Of a DNA stretch of 64,000 nt, positions 28,217 through 37,935 are shown one piece after another. Position numbers and translations under genes: made by a program. Position 1 is the first letter of the stretch, and the number at the start of each line of letters is the position of its first letter. The stretch comes from an uncultured Chloroflexia bacterium (GTDB lineage Bacteria > Chloroflexota > Limnocylindria > Limnocylindrales > CSP1-4): positions 160,001 through 224,000 of the forward strand of contig CAVPPB010000002.1 in assembly GCA_963707215.1 (NCBI GenBank), in the 5' to 3' direction. The notes beneath the pieces were generated by a model. It ran no database searches. It was not told where the DNA came from and saw only the letters and a list, made by a program, of their open reading frames with translations.

Positions 28217-28295
28217 ACCGTACGGCCGGTGTCCGGGAGTGTCAAGTGCCACAATGTGCCAACTGGCACTAGATGCATATGGCACGGAGTGCCAC
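28217..28295. promoter_or_regulatory. Divergent control region: leaderless tetR promoter and TGGCAC/GTGCCA operator repeats
   Basis: Minus strand TTGACA-17-TACGGT-6-ATG; palindrome TGGCACggaGTGCCA at 28280-28294 plus further GTGCCA/TGGCAC half-sites from 28246. Confidence 0.7.
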
Positions 28296-28386
28296 CATCC
28301 ACGACGTCGCGGGTCACCGGTGCGGACAGGTCGCCGCGACGACGGTGCGTCGCTCAACGGGTCCGTCAGTGCGAAGGAGGCCCGTG

Positions 28387-30085
28387 ATGGCGCTCCGGAC
28401 ATCTCGTCCCAGCCCCTCCGCTGCCGAGCTGGCCGACCGCTACGTCGAGCTGCCCACGCGGGCCCTGCGCGGCGTCCTGGCCAGCCTTGCGCTGGTGATG
28501 CTGGCGGCATCGCTCGACTCGACCGCGGTCGGCACCGCCCTGCCGCGGATCGTGGCCGATCTGCACGGCAACGAGCTGTACGCCTGGGTCTTCACCATCT
28601 ACCTGCTGACCATGACGGCGACGATGCCGGTCTGGGGCTCGCTGTCCGACCGGTTCGGGCGGCGGACCGTCCTCTTCATCGGGGTCGTCATCTTCCTCGC
28701 CGGGTCGATGCTCTGCGGCCTGAGCCAGGAGATGTGGCAGCTCATCCTCTTCCGTGGTCTCCAGGGCCTGGGTGCCGGGGCCATCGTGCCGATCTCTCTG
28801 GCGACCATCGGCGACCTGTTCCCACCCGCCGACCGGGCGCGCCTGCAGGCCGCCTTCAGCTCGCTCTTCGTGCTGGCCTTCCTCATCGGACCCACGCTGG
28901 GCGGCGTCCTGACGGACACCATCGGGTGGCGCTGGGTCTTCTACATCAACCTGCCCGGTCGGCCTGGTCGCCCTCGCGGTCATGGGTCGGTTCATGCCGC
29001 CGCTCCGCAGCACCGTCGAGCGACGGGCCTTCGACCGGCTCGGTGTCGTGCTCTTCACGGCTGCGGTCGTGCCCTTCCTCATCGGCGTCCGGAACCTCCC
29101 GGACGGCGCCATCGCGGACCCGACCGTCGGCGGCCTCATGCTGCTGGGCCTCGGGTTCGCGGCCGCCTTCCTGGTCGCCGAGATGCGGGCGACCGAGCCG
29201 ATCGTGCCGGTCCGCCTCTTCCGTGACCCTACCTTCGCGGTGGCGTCGATCGTCGTGCTCCTGGCGGTGGCCGGGCTGTTCGTCTCGATCGTCTTCATGC
29301 CGCGGTACTTCCAGTTCGTCCACGGCGCCAGTGCCACCGAGTCCGGCTGGCAGATCATGACCCTGCTGCTCGGGCTGATCGTGGGCGCGGTCGGCTGCGG
29401 CCAGATCGTGGCCAGGACGGGGCGCTGGAAGGTCCTGCTCCTCGGAGCGATGGCGCTCGGCACGGGCGGCATGCTCCTGCTCTCGCAGCTCCGGGCCGAC
29501 ACACCGATGCCGCTCGTCTGGGCCGCGATGTTCCTCACCGGCCTCGGGCTCGGTCCCATCTCGTCGGTGCTCACGGCTGTCGTCCAGACGACGGTGCCGG
29601 CGGCCGTCATGGGCGTCGCGACCAGCACCCTGACCTTCTTCCGCCAGCTGGGTGCATCGATCTGGCTGGCCATCAGCGGCTCGGTCTTCTCGGCCGCGTT
29701 CCGGGACCTGCTGCCGGTCCGGATGACCGAGAACGGTGTCCCGAGCGAGCTGGCCACCGGCCTCACCTCGGGAACCGGTGCCGTGGCCTCGGAGGCATCG
29801 GCGAACGTCGGCGACCTCGGCGCCTCCATCCTGGCCGCGCTTCCGACCGAGGCCCGAGCGGTCGTCGAGCCGCTGATCGGCGGCATCGTGACGGCGATGC
29901 ACGAGGCCTTCAGCCTGGCCACCGGAACGGCGTTCTGGATCGGGATCGTGGCCGTGCTGGCCGCCTTCGTGATCCTCCTGCCGCTCCAGGAAACGCGTCT
30001 GCCGCTCGAGCGCCTGGCCGAGATCCGGGGTCGGGCGAGCTCGACCCCGGGATCTGCTCCCGCCGAGGCGCCGGCCGCGTCATAG
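28387..30085 (+). CDS. DHA2 (EmrB/QacA) MFS efflux transporter, frameshifted near 28955
   Basis: GSLSDRFGRR, GPTLGG, WRWVFYINLP; removing one C of CCC at 28954-28956 gives LPVGLVALAVMGRF and joins the two ORFs. Confidence 0.85.
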
Positions 30086-30193
30086 CGGGCGACGTACGGG
30101 ACCGCCGTCGACGGGTCGGTTGGCCCTGTCGACGGCGGTCGGCCGCTCGCTAGGGTCGTCACCGTCGATGGTCTTCCGTGGAGGTGCCGGCCG

Positions 30194-30616
30194 GTGAGAG
30201 TGGCGATCGTCTACGACAGCGAGACGGGCACGACGCGGAGGGCGGCCGAGGCGATGGCCGACATCGTCCGGGCGGCCGGCCACGACTGCAGCGTCGGCCC
30301 GATCCACGAGGCCGACGCCGCGTCGGTCGCCGCGGCCGATGCCATCTGCGTCGGCTGCTGGACCCAGGGCCTCTTCATCGTGGCCCAGCATCCGACCGAC
30401 CGGGCGATGCTCTTCATCGACCGGCTGCCGCCGCTCGAGGGCAGGCCGGCCGCTGTCTTCACGACGTACAAGCTGGCCGTGGGCTCGATGCTGGATCAGC
30501 TGGCGACCCGGCTGGAGGGCCGAGGTGCCCGGGTCAGCGGCCGGTTCAAGGCCCGCGGCGGTCGGGCAGGGAAGGGCTTCGATGCCTGGGCGCGGAGCCT
30601 CCCCGGCAGCGCCTGA
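30194..30616 (+). CDS. Flavodoxin-domain protein
   Basis: IVYDSETGTTRRAAE FMN-binding loop. Confidence 0.8.
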   Translation: MRVAIVYDSETGTTRRAAEAMADIVRAAGHDCSVGPIHEADAASVAAADAICVGCWTQGLFIVAQHPTDRAMLFIDRLPPLEGRPAAVFTTYKLAVGSMLDQLATRLEGRGARVSGRFKARGGRAGKGFDAWARSLPGSA

Positions 30617-30638
30617 CCGCTCGGGCGCTGACGCGAGC

Positions 30639-31469
30639 GTGAGACCCAGGTCGAGTCGCGACGCCGCGCCTGCGCGGCCGGGAGTCGCCGCCACCGAGAT
30701 CGCCCCGGACGTCTTCTGCATCGGCCCGCACGGCCGGACTCAGACCAACGTCTACCTCGTCCGCGACGGATCGTCGTGGGCCCTGGTCGACGCGGGCTGG
30801 GCGGGCGACGCGTCCCGCATCCGCGCCGCCGTCGGGTCGCTGCTGGGCCCGGACTCGACGCCGGCGGCGATCCTGCTGACCCACGTCCACCCCGACCACG
30901 AGGGGTCGGCCCGCGAGCTGGCGCAGGCCTGGGGCTGCCCGGTGCTGGTCCACCCGGCCGAGCTGGCGATCGCCACCGGCGACTTCGCCGTGATGCAGCG
31001 CTTCGCGGGCCCGCTCGACCGCTGGCTGATCCTGCCGACGATGCGGGCGATCGGGAGGCGTCGCCGGGAGGCGATCCTCGCCCGTGGCAGCCTGGCCGGG
31101 GTGGTGGCGGCCCTCGAGCCGGACGGCGCGATCCCGGGCCTGGGTGCCTGGCGCTGGATCCCCACGCCTGGCCACACCCCCGGTCACGTCTCATACGTCC
31201 GGGTCGCGGATCGAATCGCCATCACCGGCGATGCGCTGGTGACGCTGGCCGTGAACTCCGTCGCCGGTGCTCTGGCGGGTCGTCAGGGCTTGTCCGCGCC
31301 ACCGTGGTACACGACCTGGGATCGGGCGGCCGCGACCCGGTCGATCGAGGCGATCGCCGCGCTCGAACCGACGGTCCTGGGCGGCGGCCACGGTCGCCCG
31401 TTGACCGGACCCGGCACGGCGGAAGCCGTCCGTGGGTTCGCCTCCCGCGTCGCTCGCCGATCGGGCTGA
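30639..31469 (+). CDS. MBL-fold metallo-hydrolase
   Basis: LVDAG, THVHPDHEG, TPGHTPGH, TGDA, GHG; start uncertain. Confidence 0.85.
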   Translation: MRPRSSRDAAPARPGVAATEIAPDVFCIGPHGRTQTNVYLVRDGSSWALVDAGWAGDASRIRAAVGSLLGPDSTPAAILLTHVHPDHEGSARELAQAWGCPVLVHPAELAIATGDFAVMQRFAGPLDRWLILPTMRAIGRRRREAILARGSLAGVVAALEPDGAIPGLGAWRWIPTPGHTPGHVSYVRVADRIAITGDALVTLAVNSVAGALAGRQGLSAPPWYTTWDRAAATRSIEAIAALEPTVLGGGHGRPLTGPGTAEAVRGFASRVARRSG

Positions 31470-31504
31470 CCCACCGTCGCCCGGAGAGGGCGCATCATGG
31501 GCCC

Positions 31505-32632
31505 ATGCGGATCCGTGATTTCGGCGTCGAGCAGTGGATGAACCGCTGGGAGACCCGCTGCACCCATAACCTGGCAGAGACGTGCGTGGCCTCGATCACG
31601 GTCGATGAGCTGCTGGACCTGGCCGGCATCACGCGCGAGGAGCTGACCGCCGAGCTCGCCCCGCTGCGCCTGACGTACGGGGCGATCGAGGGTTCGGAGC
31701 GGCTGCGGGCGGCGATCGCCGACCTCTACGAGACGGCGCGGGCCGAGGACGTCCTCGTCATGCATGGGGCCATCGGGGCCAACGCCCTGGCCTGGCAGTC
31801 GCTCGTCGAGTCGGGCGACGTGGTGATCTCGCTCGTCCCGACGTACCAGCAGCACACCGCGATCCCGGAGAGCCTGGGTGCCGAGGTCCGCGAGCTGCGC
31901 CTGCGCGAGGATGACGGCTGGCTGCCCGACATGGACGAGCTCCGTCGCCTGGCAGCGGACGGGGTCCGGGCCATCGCCCTGGTCAACCCGAACAATCCGA
32001 CCGGATCGCTGCTCGACGAGGAGCGGTTCGCCGCCATCGTCGAGGTCGCCCGCGAGCACGGGGCCTGGATCCTCGCCGACGAGGTCTACCGTGGGCTCGA
32101 CCAGGACGGGCCGGGGACCTCGCCATCGTTCGTCGACCGCTACGAGCGGACGATCGGCGTCGGCAGCATGTCGAAGGCCTTCTCGCTCGCCGGGCTTCGG
32201 CTCGGCTGGGTCGTGGCCCCGCCGGAGATCCGGACCGCGATCGTCCGCCATCGCGACTACTCGGTCATCAGCGTCGGGATGGTCGACGATCTCCTGGCGG
32301 CGATCGCGCTCGAGTCGAGCGAGGCGCTGCTGGCCCGGAACCGGACGATCGTCCGAGGGAACCTCGCCATCCTCGACGCGTGGGTCGGCGGCGAGCTGGC
32401 CATCGACTATGTCCGGCCCGCCTCCGGGAGCACCGCGCTCCTCCGCTACGAGGTCGACCTGCCGTCCGACGACCTCTGCGTCCGCCTCCTGGAGGCCGAG
32501 GGCGTCATGTTCACGCCGGGCGGCGCCATGGACGTCGAGGGCTACCTGCGCATCGGCTACGCGAACCACTCGGCGGTGCTGCAGGCCGGGCTCGAGCGGA
32601 CCTCCGCCTTCCTGGCGACCCTCCGTTCCTGA
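31505..32632 (+). CDS. PLP-dependent aminotransferase class I/II
   Basis: NPNNPTG, ADEVY, SMSKAFSLAGLRLGW. Confidence 0.92.
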   Translation: MRIRDFGVEQWMNRWETRCTHNLAETCVASITVDELLDLAGITREELTAELAPLRLTYGAIEGSERLRAAIADLYETARAEDVLVMHGAIGANALAWQSLVESGDVVISLVPTYQQHTAIPESLGAEVRELRLREDDGWLPDMDELRRLAADGVRAIALVNPNNPTGSLLDEERFAAIVEVAREHGAWILADEVYRGLDQDGPGTSPSFVDRYERTIGVGSMSKAFSLAGLRLGWVVAPPEIRTAIVRHRDYSVISVGMVDDLLAAIALESSEALLARNRTIVRGNLAILDAWVGGELAIDYVRPASGSTALLRYEVDLPSDDLCVRLLEAEGVMFTPGGAMDVEGYLRIGYANHSAVLQAGLERTSAFLATLRS

Positions 32633-32696
32633 CGAGCTGACCGGCCGACCGGGCACCGGCCATAGGCCGCCGGGCGCTCTCCGTGTCCCGTCCCTC

Positions 32697-32744
32697 TTGA
32701 CGGCGAAGGCCGTCGCTCGTACAGTTCACCAATCGGTTAACTGT
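32697..32744 (+). promoter_or_regulatory. Sigma70 promoter with overlapping ArsR-type inverted repeat
   Basis: TTGACG(32697)-17-TACAGT; ACAGTTcACCaatcGGTtAACTGT at 32721-32744. Confidence 0.7.
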
Positions 32745-32761
32745 TGCGTGAGGGACGAGTC

Positions 32762-33118
32762 ATGGCCGAGGTCGCCGACGACCTTGATCCGCTGTTCGCG
32801 GCCCTCGCCAACCGACATCGCCGCGAGATGGTCGACCTGCTGGCCCTCCAGCCGTGGTCCATCAGCCGCCTGGCGGCCATCCGCGGCCTATCGCTGCCAG
32901 CCATCCACAAGCACGTCCGGGTGCTGGAGGAGGCTGGCCTGGTCCGCCGCCGGAAGCTGGGCCGGACGACGTTCCTGACGCTCGACCGGGCGTCCGTCCT
33001 CCAGCTCCAGGCATGGCTTGGCCGGTTCCACGCCTACTGGGGCACCGAGAAGGAGAGCCTCGAGAACTACGGAACGTTCCTCGACGGCGAAGCATCGGTC
33101 GAAAGGAAGGGATCGTGA
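32762..33118 (+). CDS. ArsR/SmtB-family regulator
   Basis: FAALANRHRR...SLPAIHKHVRVLEEAGLV. Confidence 0.88.
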   Translation: MAEVADDLDPLFAALANRHRREMVDLLALQPWSISRLAAIRGLSLPAIHKHVRVLEEAGLVRRRKLGRTTFLTLDRASVLQLQAWLGRFHAYWGTEKESLENYGTFLDGEASVERKGS

Positions 33119-33405
33119 AGAAGTACCTGCTCCTCTACCACGACAGCTGGGAGCCGACCCAGGAGACCATGGACGCCTGGGGGGTCTGGTTCGCCAGGGT
33201 GGGTGACCGGTTCGTGGACAGCGGCAACCCGCTCGGCAACGGCCTCGAGGTGACGCGCGACGGTTCCCGCGAGCTAGCGGGCGATGCCAGCGCCGCGACG
33301 GGCTACTCGCTCCTCTCGGCCGAGAGCCGCGAGGAGGCCGAGCGACTGCTCGAGGGCTGCCCGTTCGGCTCGAGCGTTCGGATCTACGAGGCGATGGCGA
33401 TGTAG
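33115..33405 (+). CDS. YciI-like protein
   Basis: GTGA overlap; KKYLLLY...AWGVWF...DSGNP...GYSLLSAESREEA...CP. Confidence 0.75.
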   Translation: MKKYLLLYHDSWEPTQETMDAWGVWFARVGDRFVDSGNPLGNGLEVTRDGSRELAGDASAATGYSLLSAESREEAERLLEGCPFGSSVRIYEAMAM

Positions 33406-33539
33406 CAATCGGCCGGCGGTGGCTCCTGCGCGGGACGGCACGGTGTGCCGGCTTGACTTCCCGATGGCCCGTCGCGATGGTGGCGGTTCCGGAGGACGAC
33501 GATGAATCCGGCGACACCGATGCCTGGAGCGCAGCAGCT

Positions 33540-34007
33540 ATGACCGAGGATCAACCGTCGACCGCTTCGCCCCGCCTCCCGCCCCGCTGGTTCATCCGCG
33601 CCGCCTGGGCGGTGCACCGCGCCATCTACTCGATCACCGCCGGCCGCCGCGGTCTCCGCAGGGCGACCGACGACCAGTGGGGGATGATGCGGCTCAGGAC
33701 GGTCGGGCGCCGCAGCGGCAGGGAGCGCGTCGCGATCCTCGGCTACTTCGAGGACGGCCCGAACCTGGTGACCATGGCCATGAACGGCTGGGGGGAGCCC
33801 GAGCCCGCCTGGTGGCTCAACCTCCAGGCGCATCCCGACACGGTCGTCGAGCTGAAGGACGGGCCCCGGGCTGTCTACGGCCGAGCCGCGGACGGCGAGG
33901 AGCGGGACCGGCTGTGGGCCCGCTGGGCCCATTACGACAAGGATCTCGATGCCTTCGCTGCCCGGCGGCCGGGGCAGACCGCGGTCGTGGTCCTCGAGCC
34001 GCGGTAG
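33540..34007 (+). CDS. F420H2-dependent nitroreductase/quinone reductase (Ddn family)
   Basis: LRTVGRRSG, MNGW...PAWWLNLQAHP, TAVVVLEPR. Confidence 0.85.
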   Translation: MTEDQPSTASPRLPPRWFIRAAWAVHRAIYSITAGRRGLRRATDDQWGMMRLRTVGRRSGRERVAILGYFEDGPNLVTMAMNGWGEPEPAWWLNLQAHPDTVVELKDGPRAVYGRAADGEERDRLWARWAHYDKDLDAFAARRPGQTAVVVLEPR

Positions 34008-34135
34008 GGGGCTGGGCCGGGACCCGAGGCCATCCCTCGCGTGGTCGTCTCTCGCGTCGCCGGTGCTTGCTGTCACCACGTGGCTGCCCCCTCCCCCCTA
34101 GCCAGGACGACGCTCCTCGGGCATCATGCCCGGAT

Positions 34136-34236
34136 CGCTGGGGTGGCGGGAGCGGCGGGGTGCTCCACGGCACGGCGTCCAATCGGAGCGGTCGCCCGAC
34201 TCGTGCCGGAAGCCAATGGCGAGACCGACCCCGGCG
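34136..34236 (+). ncRNA. c-di-GMP-II-like riboswitch (variant), copy 1
   Basis: P1 CGCUGGGG/CCCCGGCG; P2 GGC/GCC; P3 CGGCACG/CGUGCCG; loop UCGCC pairs with GGCGA (pseudoknot); 3' GCC-AAU-GGCGA-GACCGA-CC; abuts the GGAGGAGG RBS. Confidence 0.72.
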
Positions 34237-34250
34237 GAGGAGGAGTGCGG

Positions 34251-34592
34251 ATGATCCGCCATGTCGTTTCCAGGCTCACGGTCGCGGTCTCGGTGGCCGC
34301 CATCGTCGCGAGCCTGAGCGCTACCGCCGTCTTCGCCGGTGAGATCACCGGCAACGGCAAGAGCCTCAAGGTCGAGGACGGGGGCAAGTGGCACACGGGG
34401 CTGCACGCCCGGTCGTTCTGTGCCTTCTCCGGCCAGAACGACGAGTACCACGAGGTGAGCACCGAGTACCCGCGGGTCCAGAACTGGGGTGAGATCCCGA
34501 AGGAGTTCCGGGCCTTCCTCGCGTCGATCGGAGCCCATCCTGGCCAGGCCTGCAACCCGAACATCGGGCCGCCCCCGGAGCCAGAGGGGTAG
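34251..34592 (+). CDS. Small secreted two-Cys hypothetical protein, paralog A
   Basis: Signal peptide ending AVFA; GEITGNGK...HARSFCAFSGQ...HPGQACNP; strong RBS; paralog at 40095. Confidence 0.85.
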   Translation: MIRHVVSRLTVAVSVAAIVASLSATAVFAGEITGNGKSLKVEDGGKWHTGLHARSFCAFSGQNDEYHEVSTEYPRVQNWGEIPKEFRAFLASIGAHPGQACNPNIGPPPEPEG

Positions 34593-34617
34593 CCGACCCG
34601 GATCCGACCAGCCGCCT

Positions 34618-34648
34618 GACGGCCTCCCGGTCCATCCGGGGGGCCGTC
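34618..34648 (+). terminator. Hairpin terminator-like element
   Basis: GACGGCCTCCCGG-loop-CCGGGGGGCCGTC; conserved after paralog B. Confidence 0.7.
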
Positions 34649-34753
34649 GGCTTGTCCGTGAGGCGCGGCTGCGTCATCTGCCGGGCCGATCGGGCCGATC
34701 GCCCCTTCCGCCAGCCGAGCCGCGGAGGCACCGTCTCGGCGGAGGTCGCAGCC

Positions 34754-36307
34754 GTGCCGGACACCACTGCCGCCGGGTCATCCACCATCGCGTCCGCGGG
34801 GACCGAGTCGCCCCTCGAGACCTGGGTCGAGGAACTCGCGGGTCGTCACCCTATGGTCGGGCTCGCGGTGGGCGTCGTCCGCGACGGACGCCTCGACGCC
34901 TTCCAGGGCTACGGCCTTGCCGACATCGCATCAGGTCGGCCCGTGACCGAGGACACGGTCTTCCGGATCGCCTCGATCACCAAGACCTTCACGGCGATCG
35001 CGGTGATGCAGCTCTGGGAGCAGGGGCTGGTCGACCTCGATGCGCCCGTCAGTGAGTACCTGCGGGCCTATCGGCTGGTCCCGGCGAACGTCGGCTGGCG
35101 GCCCGCGACCGTGCGCCATCTCCTGACCCACACCGCCGGCCTGCCCGAGGTGCGCGATCCGAGGGGGGCACTCCAGCCGGACTTCGGCGAGAGCGTGCCA
35201 GCCGGACGACTGCTGCCGTCCCTGGCGGACTTCTATGGCGGCCGCCTTCGAGTGAGCGCCGAGCCGGGCACCAGGTTCGTCTACGGCAACCACTCGCCGG
35301 CGACCCTCGGCCAGCTCGTCGAGGACGTCACCGAGCTGTCGCTGGGCCGCGTCTTCCGGGAGCGGATCTTCGAGCCGCTCGGGATGATGGAGACGACGCT
35401 CGTCCGTCCGGACCGGGTTGTGTCGCGCCTGGCGACCGGGTACACGATCGGTCGCCGCGGTCCCAGGGCCGTTCCCGAGCGCGACATGGTGACGACCGGG
35501 GCCGCCTCCATCTACTCGACCCCGCGCGACATGGCCCGGTACGTGGCGGCCCTGCTCGGGGGCGGTGCCAACGAGCACGGCTCCGTGCTGCGGTCGGCCA
35601 CGTTGTCGAGCATGTTCGAGCCGCACTACCAGCCCGATCCGAGGTTGCCCGGCTTCGGCCTCGGCTTCTTCCGGACCGACCTCGCCGGCCATCGCGTGGT
35701 CCGTCACCAGGGCGTCATCCCCGGCTTCGACTCCGAGATGGCCCTGGCGCCCGACGACGGCGTCGGGCTGGTGGCCTTCGCCAACGGCGCCCGCGACGCC
35801 GCGCTCTGGCTGCCCGCCGAGGTGGCCACGCTGATGCGGCGCCTGATGGATCTCCCCGGTGACGGGATCAGCTCCGGCATCGCGCCACGCCCCGACGTCT
35901 GGGGCGACCTGCGCGGCTGGTACCGGCTGGACGCTGGCATGAGCGACGTGCGACTGCGGGCCATGATGGGTGCCGGGGTCGAGATCTTCGCCGCGGACGG
36001 CGGGATCAGGCTCCGGTTCCTGACGCCGATCCCGGCGATGTACCGCGGCTTCGCGCTCCATCCCGACGACCCGATGGATCCGACCATCCACCGGATGGAC
36101 CTGTCCGCGTTCGGCCTTGGGACGACCCGGGTCGCGTTCAGCCGCGGACCCGGCGGAGCGAGGTCGGTCGCCCTCGAACTGATGCCGCTGATCCTGCGGC
36201 GGCAGCCGTCGTGGACGAACCCACGACGGTGGGCCGCGGGTTCGCTCGCCGCTCTCGGGCTCGGTGCCGCCGCGCTCATCCTCGGCCGGCGCCGCTCGGC
36301 CCGATGA
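34754..36307 (+). CDS. Serine hydrolase (class C beta-lactamase family)
   Basis: FRIASITK (SxxK), LLTHTAG, YGN, HQG; GGAGG before GTG at 34754. Confidence 0.88.
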   Translation: MPDTTAAGSSTIASAGTESPLETWVEELAGRHPMVGLAVGVVRDGRLDAFQGYGLADIASGRPVTEDTVFRIASITKTFTAIAVMQLWEQGLVDLDAPVSEYLRAYRLVPANVGWRPATVRHLLTHTAGLPEVRDPRGALQPDFGESVPAGRLLPSLADFYGGRLRVSAEPGTRFVYGNHSPATLGQLVEDVTELSLGRVFRERIFEPLGMMETTLVRPDRVVSRLATGYTIGRRGPRAVPERDMVTTGAASIYSTPRDMARYVAALLGGGANEHGSVLRSATLSSMFEPHYQPDPRLPGFGLGFFRTDLAGHRVVRHQGVIPGFDSEMALAPDDGVGLVAFANGARDAALWLPAEVATLMRRLMDLPGDGISSGIAPRPDVWGDLRGWYRLDAGMSDVRLRAMMGAGVEIFAADGGIRLRFLTPIPAMYRGFALHPDDPMDPTIHRMDLSAFGLGTTRVAFSRGPGGARSVALELMPLILRRQPSWTNPRRWAAGSLAALGLGAAALILGRRRSAR

Positions 36308-36371
36308 TCGCCGACGTGACGGTCATCGTCCCCATTGTCCGCCTGCCCGGGTGTCGCTAGAGTCTGCGGCC

Positions 36372-37199
36372 ATGGGCAACATGACGCCCCAGGAGACGAT
36401 GCACGAGCTCCTGACGGGCCACAATCCGATGAGCACCAGGCTGCGGCGGATCTTCATGCGGGTGCCCAGCGGGCCCAACTGCAAGATGTGCGCGGCGCCG
36501 TTCGCCGGGCCCGGAGGGGCGGTCCTCCGCCACGTGGGCTTCGGTCGCTTCCCCGGCAACCCGTCGCTCTGTGGATGGTGCATCAAGGACCTTCAGAAGA
36601 TCGGGGTCCAGGGCGCGGAGATCCCGGTGAGCCTCCTGTTCGCCGACATCCGGGGGTCGACCTCGATCGGCGAGCACCTGTCGCCCACCGAGTTCCGGTC
36701 CTTCCTGGACCGCTTCTACCGGATCTCGTCGCAGGCCGTGCTCACCAATGACGGCGTGGTCGACAAGTTCGTCGGCGACGAGGTCATCGGGCTCTTCTTC
36801 GGCGGTGTCAGCGGCGATCGCCATCCGGCCGCGGCGGTCGCAGCCGGACGCGAGCTCCTCTCGCGAGCCGGCCGCCTGGACGCGACACCCAGCGGCCCGA
36901 TCCCCATCGGCGCCGCGGTGCACACCGGCCTGGCCTTCGTCGGCTCCACCGCGACCGACGACGTCGTCAACGACTTCACGGCGCTCGGGGACACCGTCAA
37001 CACGACGGCACGGCTCGCGGGCCAGGCGGCTGCCGGCGAGCTCCTCGTCTCGGTCGAGGCGGCCACGGCGGCCGGTACGGACACCGCTGGCCTGGAACGC
37101 CGCTCGGTCGAGGCCCGCGGCCGCAGCGAGCCGGTGGAGGTCGTGGCCCTGCGGATCGGTGTCGAGCCCGCCGGACCCTCCAGCGGGGGGCCCGCCTAG
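36372..37199 (+). CDS. Class III adenylate cyclase with N-terminal CxxC...CxxC domain
   Basis: CKMC...CGWC; FADIRGST, DKFVGDEV, FTALGDTVNTTARL. Confidence 0.9.
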   Translation: MGNMTPQETMHELLTGHNPMSTRLRRIFMRVPSGPNCKMCAAPFAGPGGAVLRHVGFGRFPGNPSLCGWCIKDLQKIGVQGAEIPVSLLFADIRGSTSIGEHLSPTEFRSFLDRFYRISSQAVLTNDGVVDKFVGDEVIGLFFGGVSGDRHPAAAVAAGRELLSRAGRLDATPSGPIPIGAAVHTGLAFVGSTATDDVVNDFTALGDTVNTTARLAGQAAAGELLVSVEAATAAGTDTAGLERRSVEARGRSEPVEVVALRIGVEPAGPSSGGPA

Positions 37200-37221
37200 G
37201 GACCCTCGCGGGACCGGTGCG

Positions 37222-37935
37222 TCAGTCGCCCCTGGGGTGCGCCTTCGCGATGTCGCCGATGATCGCGGCCAGCTCGTCGGGGCGCGACCACATCGGCCAG
37301 TGGCTCGTGGGCAGGTCGACCCAGGTCACGTCCCGCAGCTCGGCCAGGCCGGCGAGCCATGCCCAGTCGTGGTCCCGGGCGGCTGCCCGGATCTGCTCCG
37401 ACGGGAAACCGGTGCAGACGATCGTGCTGGGGATGTCGCAGCGGGCGTCGTCGGTCAGCTCCACGGTCTTGCGCAGGACGCCGCCCGGCACCGGGACCGC
37501 CCGTTCCCGGAACCGCTCCAGCTGCGCCTCGGTCAACCCGTCGAGGTTCTCCTCCGCCTCGATGTCGGCCCAGACCAGCGGCTTGTCGGCGTCCGTGAAG
37601 TCGGGGTCGAGCGCCCCCACACCGGGGGCGGTGTCGACGTAGGCCATGGCCGCGATCCGGTCCGGGACGCGGTCGCTGGCCGCGTACCCCGAGAAGCCGG
37701 CGGCGCTGTGGACCGCCAGGACGACGGGAGCATCGGCCGCCCGGACCGCCACGCAGATCGCCTCGACATGGTCGGCGAAGCCGATCGAGGATCGGTCGGC
37801 GTCGGCCGACTCGAGACCGGGCAGGGTGATCGCGGTCACGTCGTGGCCATCGGCACGCAGCGCGGCGGCGACCTCGTCCCAGGCCCATGCGCCGAGCCAG
37901 AAGCCGGGGACCAGGATGATCGGAGCGGGCATCAT
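37222..37935 (-). CDS. Alpha/beta hydrolase
   Basis: LVPGFWLGAWAW, VHSAAG nucleophile elbow, HWPMWS. Confidence 0.88.
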   Translation of the reverse strand: MMPAPIILVPGFWLGAWAWDEVAAALRADGHDVTAITLPGLESADADRSSIGFADHVEAICVAVRAADAPVVLAVHSAAGFSGYAASDRVPDRIAAMAYVDTAPGVGALDPDFTDADKPLVWADIEAEENLDGLTEAQLERFRERAVPVPGGVLRKTVELTDDARCDIPSTIVCTGFPSEQIRAAARDHDWAWLAGLAELRDVTWVDLPTSHWPMWSRPDELAAIIGDIAKAHPRGD

